Shown here piece by piece: positions 34,541-42,484 of a stretch of 46,914 nucleotides of DNA. The translations under genes were made by a program, and so were the position numbers. The stretch is from a virus, in the IMG/VR virus record IMGVR_UViG_3300032277_000009, positions 1 through 46,914 of that record; one strand, written 5' to 3'. Under the pieces are notes generated by a model. The model ran no database searches. It was not told the origin of the DNA and saw only the letters and a list, made by a program, of their open reading frames with translations. Positions within the stretch are counted from its first letter, which is position 1; each line of letters starts with the position of its first letter.

Positions 34541-34749
34541 TGTTCGGTGGCCTTCTTTGACGCTGTCTGCGAACGTTGCAGAGCGCGACGTGGAAGCGGA
34601 TCGCAAGCTTGCGTCCAACGCGAGTCGCGAGGTTCGCGCACCCACAACGTGCCGTCCGCTTGCACGATGTAGTGATACTCTTCGTTGGTTACAAGGAATG
34701 CGGCGACTACCGGGTTGTCGAGAGTCGTCTTGGACTCGGGTCTCGTCAT
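34537..34749 (-). CDS. Hypothetical protein (70 aa)
   Basis: ATGA couplings at both ends. Confidence 0.5.
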   Translation of the reverse strand: MTRPESKTTLDNPVVAAFLVTNEEYHYIVQADGTLWVREPRDSRWTQACDPLPRRALQRSQTASKKATEQ

Positions 34750-35069
34750 TGCTTCGGCTCCTGTTGTTGCGCGAGCATGCCGGCGATCTCAGCGTAGCCG
34801 GCGATATCGATCAAGTTGTCTTCCTTCGAGTTGTGCGCGTCGCGGCTACACTTGACCAGGATCGACATCAAGCAGACGTCGCGAGCGGTGATCTTGGTGC
34901 CCAAGTAGGTAGACCACAAATCAGCGGTGCGTTGAACGTTCACGCCTGGATCGCCGTAGGTGTGTTGGCGTGGGCCGTGGATCGCGTCCCGCGCTTTGTC
35001 GAGGATAGCGGAGCACTTCGCAGACTTGAGGTCTCCGGCCGCTAGTTTGAGGATGTCGTCGGGGTTCAT
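34746..35069 (-). CDS. DUF6378-like phage protein (107 aa)
   Basis: RQHTYGDPGVNVQRTADLWSTYLGTKITARDVCLMSILVKCSRDAHNSKEDNLIDIAGYAEI matches the YG...W..YL...D...K..R...D..D.AGY pattern as I remember it. ATGA coupling at 35066-35069. Confidence 0.55.
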   Translation of the reverse strand: MNPDDILKLAAGDLKSAKCSAILDKARDAIHGPRQHTYGDPGVNVQRTADLWSTYLGTKITARDVCLMSILVKCSRDAHNSKEDNLIDIAGYAEIAGMLAQQQEPKQ

Positions 35070-35482
35070 TTTTGGTCCTTCGGTTCGGTGCTGGGTGGCA
35101 GCAGTATCGGGGCTTTGCCTAGCCGGAGAGGTTTCAACCCTACGGCCCGCCCGGCATCGTCCCTGGCGGCTTTGTGCCGGAACCCGCAGGCGGTGCAGTA
35201 TGTGGTTTTCCACGGATACACAGGGGTTCCGTTTCTCAGCCCTTTGCATTCGACGGGCTCGCCAAAAAGAGTCCCGGGACACTCGGCGGTTTGGAACTCA
35301 GGCAGTTGCGCGACATCCCCGACAACGCACTGATACTTAGCATACCAGCCGAGCTTGGATCCGCCTTCAGCGGGGTGTCTACGCACGTTCACGAGCAGTT
35401 GACTGCCGCACCGGGCGAGTGCAACACCGTGATGTTTGGCGCCTTCGCAGGTGACGTAAACTTTGACGATGGTGTTGCCCAT
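35066..35482 (-). CDS. Hypothetical Cys-rich protein (138 aa)
   Basis: Long ORF in the operon orientation. Several Cys residues (TCEG, ARCG, QC, ECPG, ECKG, YCTACG). Confidence 0.55.
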   Translation of the reverse strand: MGNTIVKVYVTCEGAKHHGVALARCGSQLLVNVRRHPAEGGSKLGWYAKYQCVVGDVAQLPEFQTAECPGTLFGEPVECKGLRNGTPVYPWKTTYCTACGFRHKAARDDAGRAVGLKPLRLGKAPILLPPSTEPKDQK

Positions 35483-35535
35483 ACAAGTAAGCTAACCCTA
35501 CTTCGGCAGACTGCAACCGACTCTTGTGGTCTTTC

Positions 35536-35814
35536 TCACTTTTTCTTCGGCCGCACTCGACCTTCGATCTCTTCGCAAGGCGTCGCCGGCCCGTCCGGTT
35601 CGTAGCCGAACACGTCGTCGCTGCGGCCGTCGACTTTCACCGATACGCGGCCGTAGACGGCCAACTCGTGCAGTTGCTTTTGGTAGAGCTTCACGCAGTA
35701 GGGGACGTGCCAGCCGTCGAGGTGTTTCAGCTCCGACGAAGACAGCACCAGCAAGTTGCGGCACTGTTCTTCGCGATCGCAGTCGGGGCACGGTTGCCAA
35801 GTCACCGCCCACAC
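35536..35814 (-). CDS. Hypothetical protein (92 aa)
   Basis: CPDC...C...YC pattern. 13-nt overlap with the upstream ORF. Confidence 0.5.
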   Translation of the reverse strand: MWAVTWQPCPDCDREEQCRNLLVLSSSELKHLDGWHVPYCVKLYQKQLHELAVYGRVSVKVDGRSDDVFGYEPDGPATPCEEIEGRVRPKKK

Positions 35815-36323
35815 CTCTTGCGCGGGCGATGAGCCTTGCCACGGTTGTAGCGAGCGTGCCTTTTCAGCCGACGCTTACGCTGGATCTTCTCGCGCCACTT
35901 CTCAGTAGCGGTGAGGCCAACACCGAGTGCGGCCTTCGTGCGCCGCAGCAAGTCGGGGTCTTCCTTCGCGCCGCGTTGCAGGTCGTAGTAGTCGAGCGTC
36001 GCGTCGTAGCGCACGGGGTCGGGCGTCTCGGCCCCGGCGTAGAACTCTTCAGCTCTGCCAACGATCCGTCGCGCTTCTACACTGTTGGGGTCGCCGTGGA
36101 CCTTGCGTTGCATCGGCGACCTGTAGGTGCGGAGCGACGCCATCGCGTCGGCTTCCGTCTCGCCTGGCCGAAGCGGTTCCTCGTCGCGCGGGTCGAACAA
36201 GATGTCTGCCATCTGATCGAGGGTCCGCACGGGGATCCGTTGACGGTGGTGAATGCCGGCGAACTGTTCGCGCTCAATGCGCGTCGTGTCCTTCGGGATG
36301 ACGGGGCTGTTTTCATCTAGCAT
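35802..36323 (-). CDS. Hypothetical protein with a basic C-terminus (173 aa)
   Basis: ORF in the operon orientation. C-terminal KIQRKRRLKRHARYNRGKAHRPRKR. Confidence 0.5.
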   Translation of the reverse strand: MLDENSPVIPKDTTRIEREQFAGIHHRQRIPVRTLDQMADILFDPRDEEPLRPGETEADAMASLRTYRSPMQRKVHGDPNSVEARRIVGRAEEFYAGAETPDPVRYDATLDYYDLQRGAKEDPDLLRRTKAALGVGLTATEKWREKIQRKRRLKRHARYNRGKAHRPRKRCGR

Positions 36324-36852
36324 CAGTAATCTCCTTCACGCCCTTGCTCCAATTCTCGTGAGCCCACAACGGGCGCAGGTTGGTGTAGTGCCAGCACTCC
36401 GGGTCAGCCGGGTCGTCAAAGCTGGCGACGGGTCGGATGTGGTCGATGTGCCATTCGCTGCGGTTGCCCCAGGTCATGCCCGGCTTGAACTGCGCTTCGA
36501 TCCAAGCACGCAGACCTTCGCGATCTGTGCCGGCGAGCGCCACCACGGAGCACGGCTTGGCGCGGCCGTTGATAGCTCGATAGAAGCGCGTGCGGAGCGC
36601 CCTCACAAGGTTAGGGGTCGGCTTGGCGTGGTAGCGCCGATTGGTTTCGCGCACTTTCTCGCGGTTCGCTTCGTAGTAGCGCCGCCTGTATTCGCGCAGT
36701 TTCTCGCGATTCGCTTCGCGGTAGCGTTGCTGAGCCTCTCGCACTTTCTCCGGGTTCGCTTCGCGGTAGCGTCGCTGAGCCTCTCGCACTTTCTCCGGGT
36801 TCGCTTCACGCCAACGGCGCTGGCGTTCGTGCGGGTTGTTTTCATCGATCAT
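36313..36852 (-). CDS. HNH (His-Me finger) endonuclease with an N-terminal 15-aa repeat array
   Basis: EWHIDHIRPVASF...NLRPLWAHENWSKG. Four REAN(P/R)EK(V/L)RE...RRY repeats. ATGA coupling at 36849-36852. Confidence 0.8.
   Translation of the reverse strand: MIDENNPHERQRRWREANPEKVREAQRRYREANPEKVREAQQRYREANREKLREYRRRYYEANREKVRETNRRYHAKPTPNLVRALRTRFYRAINGRAKPCSVVALAGTDREGLRAWIEAQFKPGMTWGNRSEWHIDHIRPVASFDDPADPECWHYTNLRPLWAHENWSKGVKEITDAR
36631..36810 (-). repeat. 4 x 45-bp in-frame tandem repeats inside the HNH gene (the two copies at 36721-36810 are nearly identical)
   Basis: cctctcgcactttctccgggttcgcttc recurs at 36735 and 36780. Encodes EANPEKVREAQ(R/Q)RYR. Confidence 0.85.
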
Positions 36853-37037
36853 TGCACCCGCTCCCCGATGATGTCCCGCACCTTGGCTCGCTGTCTCGAC
36901 GACAGCACTCGATCTGCGTTCAAGGTCCGCACGCAAGACTCGACGAAATCGATCTCCCATGCAGACAGCCCTTCGCCGCGGTCGTCGAGCATCTTGACGG
37001 CGCGGCGGTCTTCCACTTTCTGTTCATCGGCGTTCAT
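36849..37037 (-). CDS. Hypothetical protein (62 aa)
   Basis: Start-stop coupled at both ends. Confidence 0.5.
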   Translation of the reverse strand: MNADEQKVEDRRAVKMLDDRGEGLSAWEIDFVESCVRTLNADRVLSSRQRAKVRDIIGERVQ

Positions 37038-37215
37038 GACACACCTCTTCCGGTTCGTCTTCGATGGTTTCGCCGCAGAGATCGCAGAGCGCCCCTACCG
37101 GCACGTCAATCTCGCACGAGGACACTTCCTCACCAACCCAACACTTGCTGGAGTGGGCTTCGGTGGTGAAGACGCCGCCGCCAGCCGACACAACTTCGAT
37201 GGCTTTCACAGGCAC
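37024..37215 (-). CDS. Small zinc-ribbon-like protein (about 63 aa, GTG start)
   Basis: GGAGG lies 6 nt upstream of the GTG at 37215. [10 protein letters not shown]...CDLCGE pattern. The ORF-track N-terminal extension overlaps the exonuclease gene and is Arg-rich. Confidence 0.45.
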   Translation of the reverse strand: MPVKAIEVVSAGGGVFTTEAHSSKCWVGEEVSSCEIDVPVGALCDLCGETIEDEPEEVCHERR

Positions 37216-37802
37216 GGTGCACCTCCATGTTTGCGCCGCATCTCGCGCAGCATGTTGCAGAACAGTTCGCCCTGCTCGATGGCGTCGTCGACCGCGAGGT
37301 GCGTGTGCGGCTTCTCGCTGAGCCACCGCTTCGGTATAGCCTTCTTGGTCGTCTCGCGGAACGGCTTGTTGAGCAGCACCATCGCCATCGTCTTGATGTC
37401 GAGCGCGCTGAAGCTGAACGGACTACCCCCGGTGAACTTCATCAGATACCAGTAGACGAACGTGAAGTCGAAGCCGGTCGGGTAGCCGACGAACACCGGT
37501 TTGAGTCCTTCGAAGCGCTTGCAGTGTGTCGTCACGTAGCCGACGAAATCGTGCATGACGTCTTCGACGGTGCGCAGGTCTTTGCGGCACGCTTCCCATG
37601 CTTCGGGCTGTGTGCGCCACCATCGCATCGTGTCGGGGTCTTCATCACCGCCGCTCAGTTGGTAGAGGTTGGCGCTGAACGTGCCGACCATGGTGCCGTC
37701 TGCAAGGAACGCAGCGGCGCCGAGGGACAACATCGAGTTCTGGCCGGGGATAGGTCCGTCGGTCTCAACGTCGACAGATACGTAAAGCTCAGTGTGTTTC
37801 AT
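37206..37802 (-). CDS. DEDDh 3'-5' exonuclease (DnaQ-like)
   Basis: Exo [15 protein letters not shown]. Exo [18 protein letters not shown]. Exo [21 protein letters not shown] coupling at 37799-37802. Confidence 0.8.
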   Translation of the reverse strand: MKHTELYVSVDVETDGPIPGQNSMLSLGAAAFLADGTMVGTFSANLYQLSGGDEDPDTMRWWRTQPEAWEACRKDLRTVEDVMHDFVGYVTTHCKRFEGLKPVFVGYPTGFDFTFVYWYLMKFTGGSPFSFSALDIKTMAMVLLNKPFRETTKKAIPKRWLSEKPHTHLAVDDAIEQGELFCNMLREMRRKHGGAPCL

Positions 37803-39034
37803 TTCGTCACCTTGGTTCCGCGCTTGCACAGCTCCAACAACACCGCGTGAACTTCCTTCGGGACAAGACCCATGCTCTTGGACATCGTCAAGTAGGCCAG
37901 CAGCGGCGTATCGTCGGGCTCCAGACGATGCCGCTTTGTCCGGCGCGTTCCGTTCTCGACGAACATGAGCAGTTCGCGCCGCGCTTGCGCCCGATCGTTC
38001 GGCGGGGAGAAGCCAGCCTTGCGGTGAAGCTCGATCACGAAGTTCTCGGCCTCATCGCGACGGGCCTTCGCTTCCTCCAACTCGCCACGCATCTGCCCAA
38101 TCTTCTTGCGGGCGAGTTCGTGTCCCTCGGTTTCCTCGGACAACTCGGCGCGCAGCGTGTTGATCTCCGTTTCCTGATCGTCCACAAACTTCGCGAACTG
38201 CTTGCGCTTCTCGACCACCGCTTCGGCCGAGTCGAGCACCTCGAAGCTACCGTCGGCGAGATACCAGATCCGCTGCTCGGCGCGCAGCTTGTCGCGCTCG
38301 GCTTCTGCCTCGACGAGTTTCTCAGCAAGGTCCGCTTGGATGTCACACAGGCTGTTGATGCGTTCGCTGTCCGGCTTCTCGCGGCCCTTCTCGGCGGCGA
38401 GGGCTTCGCGGAGCTTGGTCATGCACGGCAGCAATGGGCCGCCGTTCAGCCAAGGCTCTAGGACCTCCTCAGCCGCTTCCACCAGCGCGCTCGACGCGGG
38501 GGCGGTGGGGTGCTTGGCGAACTCCAAGACGTCCTTTGCCAGCGACTCACCATCCAGCGAGGCACAGGCGAACGCAGCCTTGCGGCACTCTTTGTCTTCG
38601 CCGCTGTGAGGGTCACGTGCCCGCTCAAGGTGCCCCATCAGGCGCTCTGCGGTGGCGACCAACTCGGCAAGATCCACCGTCTCCGCGATCCGCTCCCCGC
38701 TCAACGGCTCCGGATCGACCAGCGTCTTGAGCGCGGCTCGCTCGGCCGGGGTGTAGGTCGGCTCGCACTTCGCAAGGTCGCGGACGATCTGCTTGGCGGG
38801 CTCGACCGAGTGCAGCCCGATCAGCTTGCCGGGGTTCTCCGTGACCCACGCCTCGGCCCGCTCCACCAGCCCGGCAAACTCCGCCGGCGCGGTGGGGCGC
38901 GAGCGCATGAGGTTGACGGCTAGTTTGAGATCCTTCTCAGGAAGGGCGCGTCGGTTTCGCATGTCGCGCTCCCACGCCTCAACCGCCGCATCGTGCGCGG
39001 ACTGCTTTGTTTTCTTCTTCTTCCGTTCTGTCAT
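37799..39034 (-). CDS. Hypothetical coiled-coil protein (411 aa)
   Basis: Long ORF with ATGA couplings. Central coiled coil ([19 protein letters not shown]..., [37 protein letters not shown]). Confidence 0.65.
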   Translation of the reverse strand: MTERKKKKTKQSAHDAAVEAWERDMRNRRALPEKDLKLAVNLMRSRPTAPAEFAGLVERAEAWVTENPGKLIGLHSVEPAKQIVRDLAKCEPTYTPAERAALKTLVDPEPLSGERIAETVDLAELVATAERLMGHLERARDPHSGEDKECRKAAFACASLDGESLAKDVLEFAKHPTAPASSALVEAAEEVLEPWLNGGPLLPCMTKLREALAAEKGREKPDSERINSLCDIQADLAEKLVEAEAERDKLRAEQRIWYLADGSFEVLDSAEAVVEKRKQFAKFVDDQETEINTLRAELSEETEGHELARKKIGQMRGELEEAKARRDEAENFVIELHRKAGFSPPNDRAQARRELLMFVENGTRRTKRHRLEPDDTPLLAYLTMSKSMGLVPKEVHAVLLELCKRGTKVTK

Positions 39035-40401
39035 GACATCAGTTCCTGCATTGCTGCGACCTTGTTTCGCACGACGTCGGTCAAGAACTCATCGACCGAG
39101 TGCGCCAAAGAAAGAAACCGAACTCGGACAGGTCGCGTCTGCCCGATTCGGTAGATACGGTCGGCGCATTGCATGTTGTCGCCGGGAACGTAGCTCAGCT
39201 CGACGAACATCGCCTCAGCTGCTCTGGTGAGTGTGATGGCGGTGCCGCCGGCAACGTGTTGCACGATCGCAACGTTCGCGGCTCCTTCTTGAAACTGCCG
39301 CACAGCCGCGTCCTTCTTGCGCGCGCCCATGCTGCCGCGGATCACCACCGGACGGTGTTTTTCGAGACCCTTGCGTAACCCTTCGATCACGTCGGTGTGG
39401 TGGGCGAACAGCACGATGCAGTCGAGACCGTTGGCGAACTCAGCGTTGACCATCTCGACGGCCGGTTCGACCTTGGCTTCACCGGACAAGCGGCGGAAGC
39501 GCGCGCCGTCCTCGCTCGATCTCATCGCGCGGAACGCTTCTTCAGGTGTGTCGGCACTCACCACGGCGTCGTGCTTCTCAACGGCGTCTTGTGCTGCCTG
39601 TTGGTCTGGCAACGTGCGATTGAGTTGGTATCGAACCTTCCGCTTGAGCCGCGCCACCAGCTCTTCGAGACCCGGCGGCATCTTCGCCGGCCGAACGCTG
39701 ATCGTCTCGACACGCCGTGGCGGCAGATCGGGCAACACGTTCTTCTTCAACCGACGCAGCATGAAGCCCGCCTGCCGACGCTTCAACTCGGCCATGTTCC
39801 GGTTACCGATCGGCTTGATGCCGTCGCCATGGATCGTGGTTTTTGTGATGTTGTAGCGCGCACGGAAAGCACCGAAGGTTTCGGAGAACTCGTCCGGCAT
39901 CAGCGCGTGCAGCATCGACCACAACTCGCACGCCATACCGTTAGGTGCTGGCGTGCCCGACAACATCCACACGCGGTGAGCGAACGGCACGAGGTTCACG
40001 AACAGGTGGCGGCTGCGCATCGACTCGTGTTCGGTGTTCTTGCGCATGAAGAATTGCGACTCGTCGACGATCAGCAAGTCGGCACGCTTCAACTTCTGGC
40101 GCACATCGTCGCTGAGCACGAGCGAGTGCGACGTGACCATGCTGTCGCTCTGCCACGCATCGATCGCAGCGGCCGTCGAGTCGACGATCACCGCTTGCGT
40201 GCCGTGCCACTTCGCCAGCTCGCGCTGCCAGTTCCACAACGCAACGCTCGGTGCGATGACCTTGATGTTCCGCACGCCGAGCCTCTTCGCAGCGACCGCC
40301 GCACTGATCGTCTTCCCGAGACCTTGGTCATCGGCGAGGCATGCGTGCCGCCGACTCGTCAGGTGTTCGACGGCTTCTTCTTGGAACGGATAGAGCCGCA
40401 T
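39031..40401 (-). CDS. SNF2-family (superfamily 2) helicase/translocase
   Basis: YPFQEEAVEHL. Motif I LADDQGLGKT. Motif II LLIVDESQ. Motif III LSGTPAPNG. Motif VI ADRIYRIGQTRPVRV. ATG at 40401 in a TAATG overlap. Confidence 0.88.
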   Translation of the reverse strand: MRLYPFQEEAVEHLTSRRHACLADDQGLGKTISAAVAAKRLGVRNIKVIAPSVALWNWQRELAKWHGTQAVIVDSTAAAIDAWQSDSMVTSHSLVLSDDVRQKLKRADLLIVDESQFFMRKNTEHESMRSRHLFVNLVPFAHRVWMLSGTPAPNGMACELWSMLHALMPDEFSETFGAFRARYNITKTTIHGDGIKPIGNRNMAELKRRQAGFMLRRLKKNVLPDLPPRRVETISVRPAKMPPGLEELVARLKRKVRYQLNRTLPDQQAAQDAVEKHDAVVSADTPEEAFRAMRSSEDGARFRRLSGEAKVEPAVEMVNAEFANGLDCIVLFAHHTDVIEGLRKGLEKHRPVVIRGSMGARKKDAAVRQFQEGAANVAIVQHVAGGTAITLTRAAEAMFVELSYVPGDNMQCADRIYRIGQTRPVRVRFLSLAHSVDEFLTDVVRNKVAAMQELMS

Positions 40402-40667
40402 TAGTCGGCCAAACCTTCTGGGATGCCGAAATCGGCCAAAGTGTTGAATGGGCAATACACCTTGCCGGGCGGGACGCGCTCAACGTCAATCGTGTCGAGG
40501 ATCTGCTCGAAGTCGGGCATCAGTTTCGGGTCTCTGCGTTCTTGTGCTCGTTTCTTCATGCCTCGCATGATGAGCTTGGCCGACTTACCTTGGGCCTGCA
40601 GAGCGCTGGGCGCGCTGACGACGAAGGTGAGGTTGCCTTCGACTTTGACGATGTAGGTCTGATACAT
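40401..40667 (-). CDS. Hypothetical protein (88 aa)
   Basis: ORF coupled to the helicase start. Confidence 0.5.
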   Translation of the reverse strand: MYQTYIVKVEGNLTFVVSAPSALQAQGKSAKLIMRGMKKRAQERRDPKLMPDFEQILDTIDVERVPPGKVYCPFNTLADFGIPEGLAD

Positions 40668-40671
40668 GGGT

Positions 40672-40923
40672 TCACGACTGCGTGGTCTTCTCGAAGTGGT
40701 AGCGACGGACCGGCGGACACCCGCCGCACTCGCACGGGTTGGCGTTCAAGTCGCCTCTGATGTAGCGCGCGTTGCGTCGCGGCAGACCGCCCGCGGCGAG
40801 GGTCTGCAACGCTTCCACAACGGACATGTTGACAGGGACGAGGATCGTCTCAGGCGTGCCGATCGGCGAGGCAGCCTGCGCACCATCCATGGGGCCGCCG
40901 ATGAACTCGACCAAACTGCTCAC
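40672..40923 (-). CDS. Small GGPxDG-motif protein (about 83 aa, GTG start)
   Basis: GTGA coupling at 40920-40923, with GGAGG 10 nt upstream. EFIGGPMDG motif and C-terminal CECGGC. Confidence 0.5.
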   Translation of the reverse strand: MSSLVEFIGGPMDGAQAASPIGTPETILVPVNMSVVEALQTLAAGGLPRRNARYIRGDLNANPCECGGCPPVRRYHFEKTTQS

Positions 40924-41135
40924 GACCCTGCGGCCTCCACCGCTGCGATCTGCGCGTTTAGCCACGTGTCCATCTTCTCGCAATCTTCGTCGACCTCGGT
41001 GCACTTCGCGACAACGTTGGTGTTGTCGGCTGATTCAGCTAACAAACCTGCGGTTGCGTTGATCGAGCCGCAGGTTGCGTTCAACGCTTGGCACGTGCGC
41101 AGCAACAGCAAGAGATTGTGCTTCGACTCTTTCAT
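40920..41135 (-). CDS. Hypothetical protein (71 aa)
   Basis: ATGA coupling to the HNH stop at 41135. Confidence 0.5.
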   Translation of the reverse strand: MKESKHNLLLLLRTCQALNATCGSINATAGLLAESADNTNVVAKCTEVDEDCEKMDTWLNAQIAAVEAAGS

Positions 41136-41566
41136 CAGAACGGAACTCCTGCGACCGAACAGTCGGTCAACTCCGCGCCGTTGGCTTCGTCGAAGATGGC
41201 GCGGTCTTGTTGGATGTCGCGACGTGCTTCCACACCTTCGCGACTGAAAGCGTCCCGCACGTTGTCGAGCCGTGAACCCCAAGCGAGGTTCGCGAGCCGG
41301 TTGTCGTGCGAGTCGTGGTTGCGGTGGCAGACGTCGGGGCAGCCTTCCGGCCCAGGGCCGAAGAACACCATCAACACCAGCCGGTGAACGAAGAAGTGCT
41401 TGCGCGCGTTGTTCTTCCACAGCGCAGTCTTCATGTAGGTCAGGTGCGGGAAGCCTGCCGGCGACACCTTCCACTGCTTCAGCACACGGCCCGTGCGTCG
41501 ATTGCGCACAGTGCCGTGGTCGCTGACCTCGTAGTTCGGGAAGTCTGGAACGGTGAGCCAGTTCAC
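41135..41566 (-). CDS. HNH homing endonuclease with a NUMOD4-like N-terminus
   Basis: NWLTVPDFPNYEVSDHGTVRNRRTGRVLK (NUMOD4 pattern). HRLVLMVFFGP...VCHRNHDSHDNRLANLAWGSRLDN (HNH_3 pattern). GTGA coupling at 41563-41566. Confidence 0.8.
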   Translation of the reverse strand: MNWLTVPDFPNYEVSDHGTVRNRRTGRVLKQWKVSPAGFPHLTYMKTALWKNNARKHFFVHRLVLMVFFGPGPEGCPDVCHRNHDSHDNRLANLAWGSRLDNVRDAFSREGVEARRDIQQDRAIFDEANGAELTDCSVAGVPF

Positions 41567-42000
41567 AGTCTTGCCTTTGCTGCGGCTTCTTCCAGTGCGT
41601 GCATGTCGCACGAGGGGACTTTGTGATGGTTGACTACGTCTAGTTGAGGTGAGCAGAACACCCCGCGGGCCGTCCTCGGTGACGCGAGCACAACGTCAAC
41701 GGCTTCGAGCAGCGCGGTGCAGTTCTCGCAACGTAGCATCTCGACAGTGCCAGATTCCGTGACGGCCGTTCCAGGTTCGCACTGCAGAGGCTCACCCTTG
41801 GGGTCGGGCTTCACGCCGAAGAGTGGCGGTCGCGTCAACGTGTCCAACGCCAAGCTGGCGAGATCGAGCGCGAGTCGGATCGACCCGCTTTCTTCGAACA
41901 TCGAGCCGAACTTGCCCCTCGGCCCTAGCGCCTTCAGGTCGTCGCGGAACTTCTCGACGCCACCGACGATTTCGAGGCGGGCTTTCCAGTAGGCGTTCAT
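41563..42000 (-). CDS. Hypothetical early protein (145 aa)
   Basis: Second gene of the minus-strand operon. Cys pairs CEPG...CENC. Confidence 0.55.
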   Translation of the reverse strand: MNAYWKARLEIVGGVEKFRDDLKALGPRGKFGSMFEESGSIRLALDLASLALDTLTRPPLFGVKPDPKGEPLQCEPGTAVTESGTVEMLRCENCTALLEAVDVVLASPRTARGVFCSPQLDVVNHHKVPSCDMHALEEAAAKARL

Positions 42001-42335
42001 CAGAGCACCTTACCGCCGAACGTCATGGTCTCGGACTCAGACACCCACGTGCGCAGCATCACACCTGCTCCGTCGACAAGCCCGCTGTCGACGGAGATCC
42101 TCACACCCAGAATCGCCAAGTAGTGGGTCTTCTGCTGTTTGGTGACGACCTCGTCGTCGTAGTCGCTGAGTATCGCGTCGTAGGTCTCCTGCGAGACGAC
42201 GAAATCGCGAGGTCTTGCGTTGTGCCCCAGGCGCTGCAACAACTGGTTGCATGTCGCGATGACTTTCAGGGTGCACGGGCCGGGGGCCAGCGGGGCGGAC
42301 CCTACCGGAAGATTCGGGTCGATGTTGAACTCCAT
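42000..42335 (-). CDS. Hypothetical first early protein (111 aa), possibly translated from a leaderless or near-leaderless mRNA
   Basis: No SD upstream of the ATG. A TTGCAA-17 nt-TATGGT sequence ends 8 nt before the ATG. Confidence 0.55.
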   Translation of the reverse strand: MEFNIDPNLPVGSAPLAPGPCTLKVIATCNQLLQRLGHNARPRDFVVSQETYDAILSDYDDEVVTKQQKTHYLAILGVRISVDSGLVDGAGVMLRTWVSESETMTFGGKVL

Positions 42336-42484
42336 GGAACCCGACCATATGTCTGGTCGAGTCTGGTTGCAACCGCTAGTAACGGATTTCGAAAAGTGCT
42401 ACGGTTCGCCACCCGCCGTCAAAAGACGAGGCCCGCTACGTCCTTTCGGTCGCAGCGGGCCTCGGCAATGAAGTTCTGACACTG
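42336..42484. promoter_or_regulatory. Divergent control region between the two gene arms
   Basis: Perfect palindrome GGTTGCAACC (42365-74). gtctggt repeated at a 10-bp period (42351, 42361). 9-bp inverted repeat gaggcccgc/gcgggcctc (42428-36 / 42455-63), followed on the minus strand by gtctttt. Minus-strand -35/-10-like TTGCAA/TATGGT. Confidence 0.5.

Noticed and set aside
34746-35282. N-terminal extensions offered by the ORF track for several minus-strand genes (for example 34746-35282, 34178-34645, 36313-36960, 37024-37326, 39031-40455, 40672-41004, 41135-41611)
   Set aside because: In each case an internal ATG or GTG forms an ATGA/GTGA/TAATG overlap with the upstream stop, and the extension overlaps the preceding gene with an Arg-rich translation.
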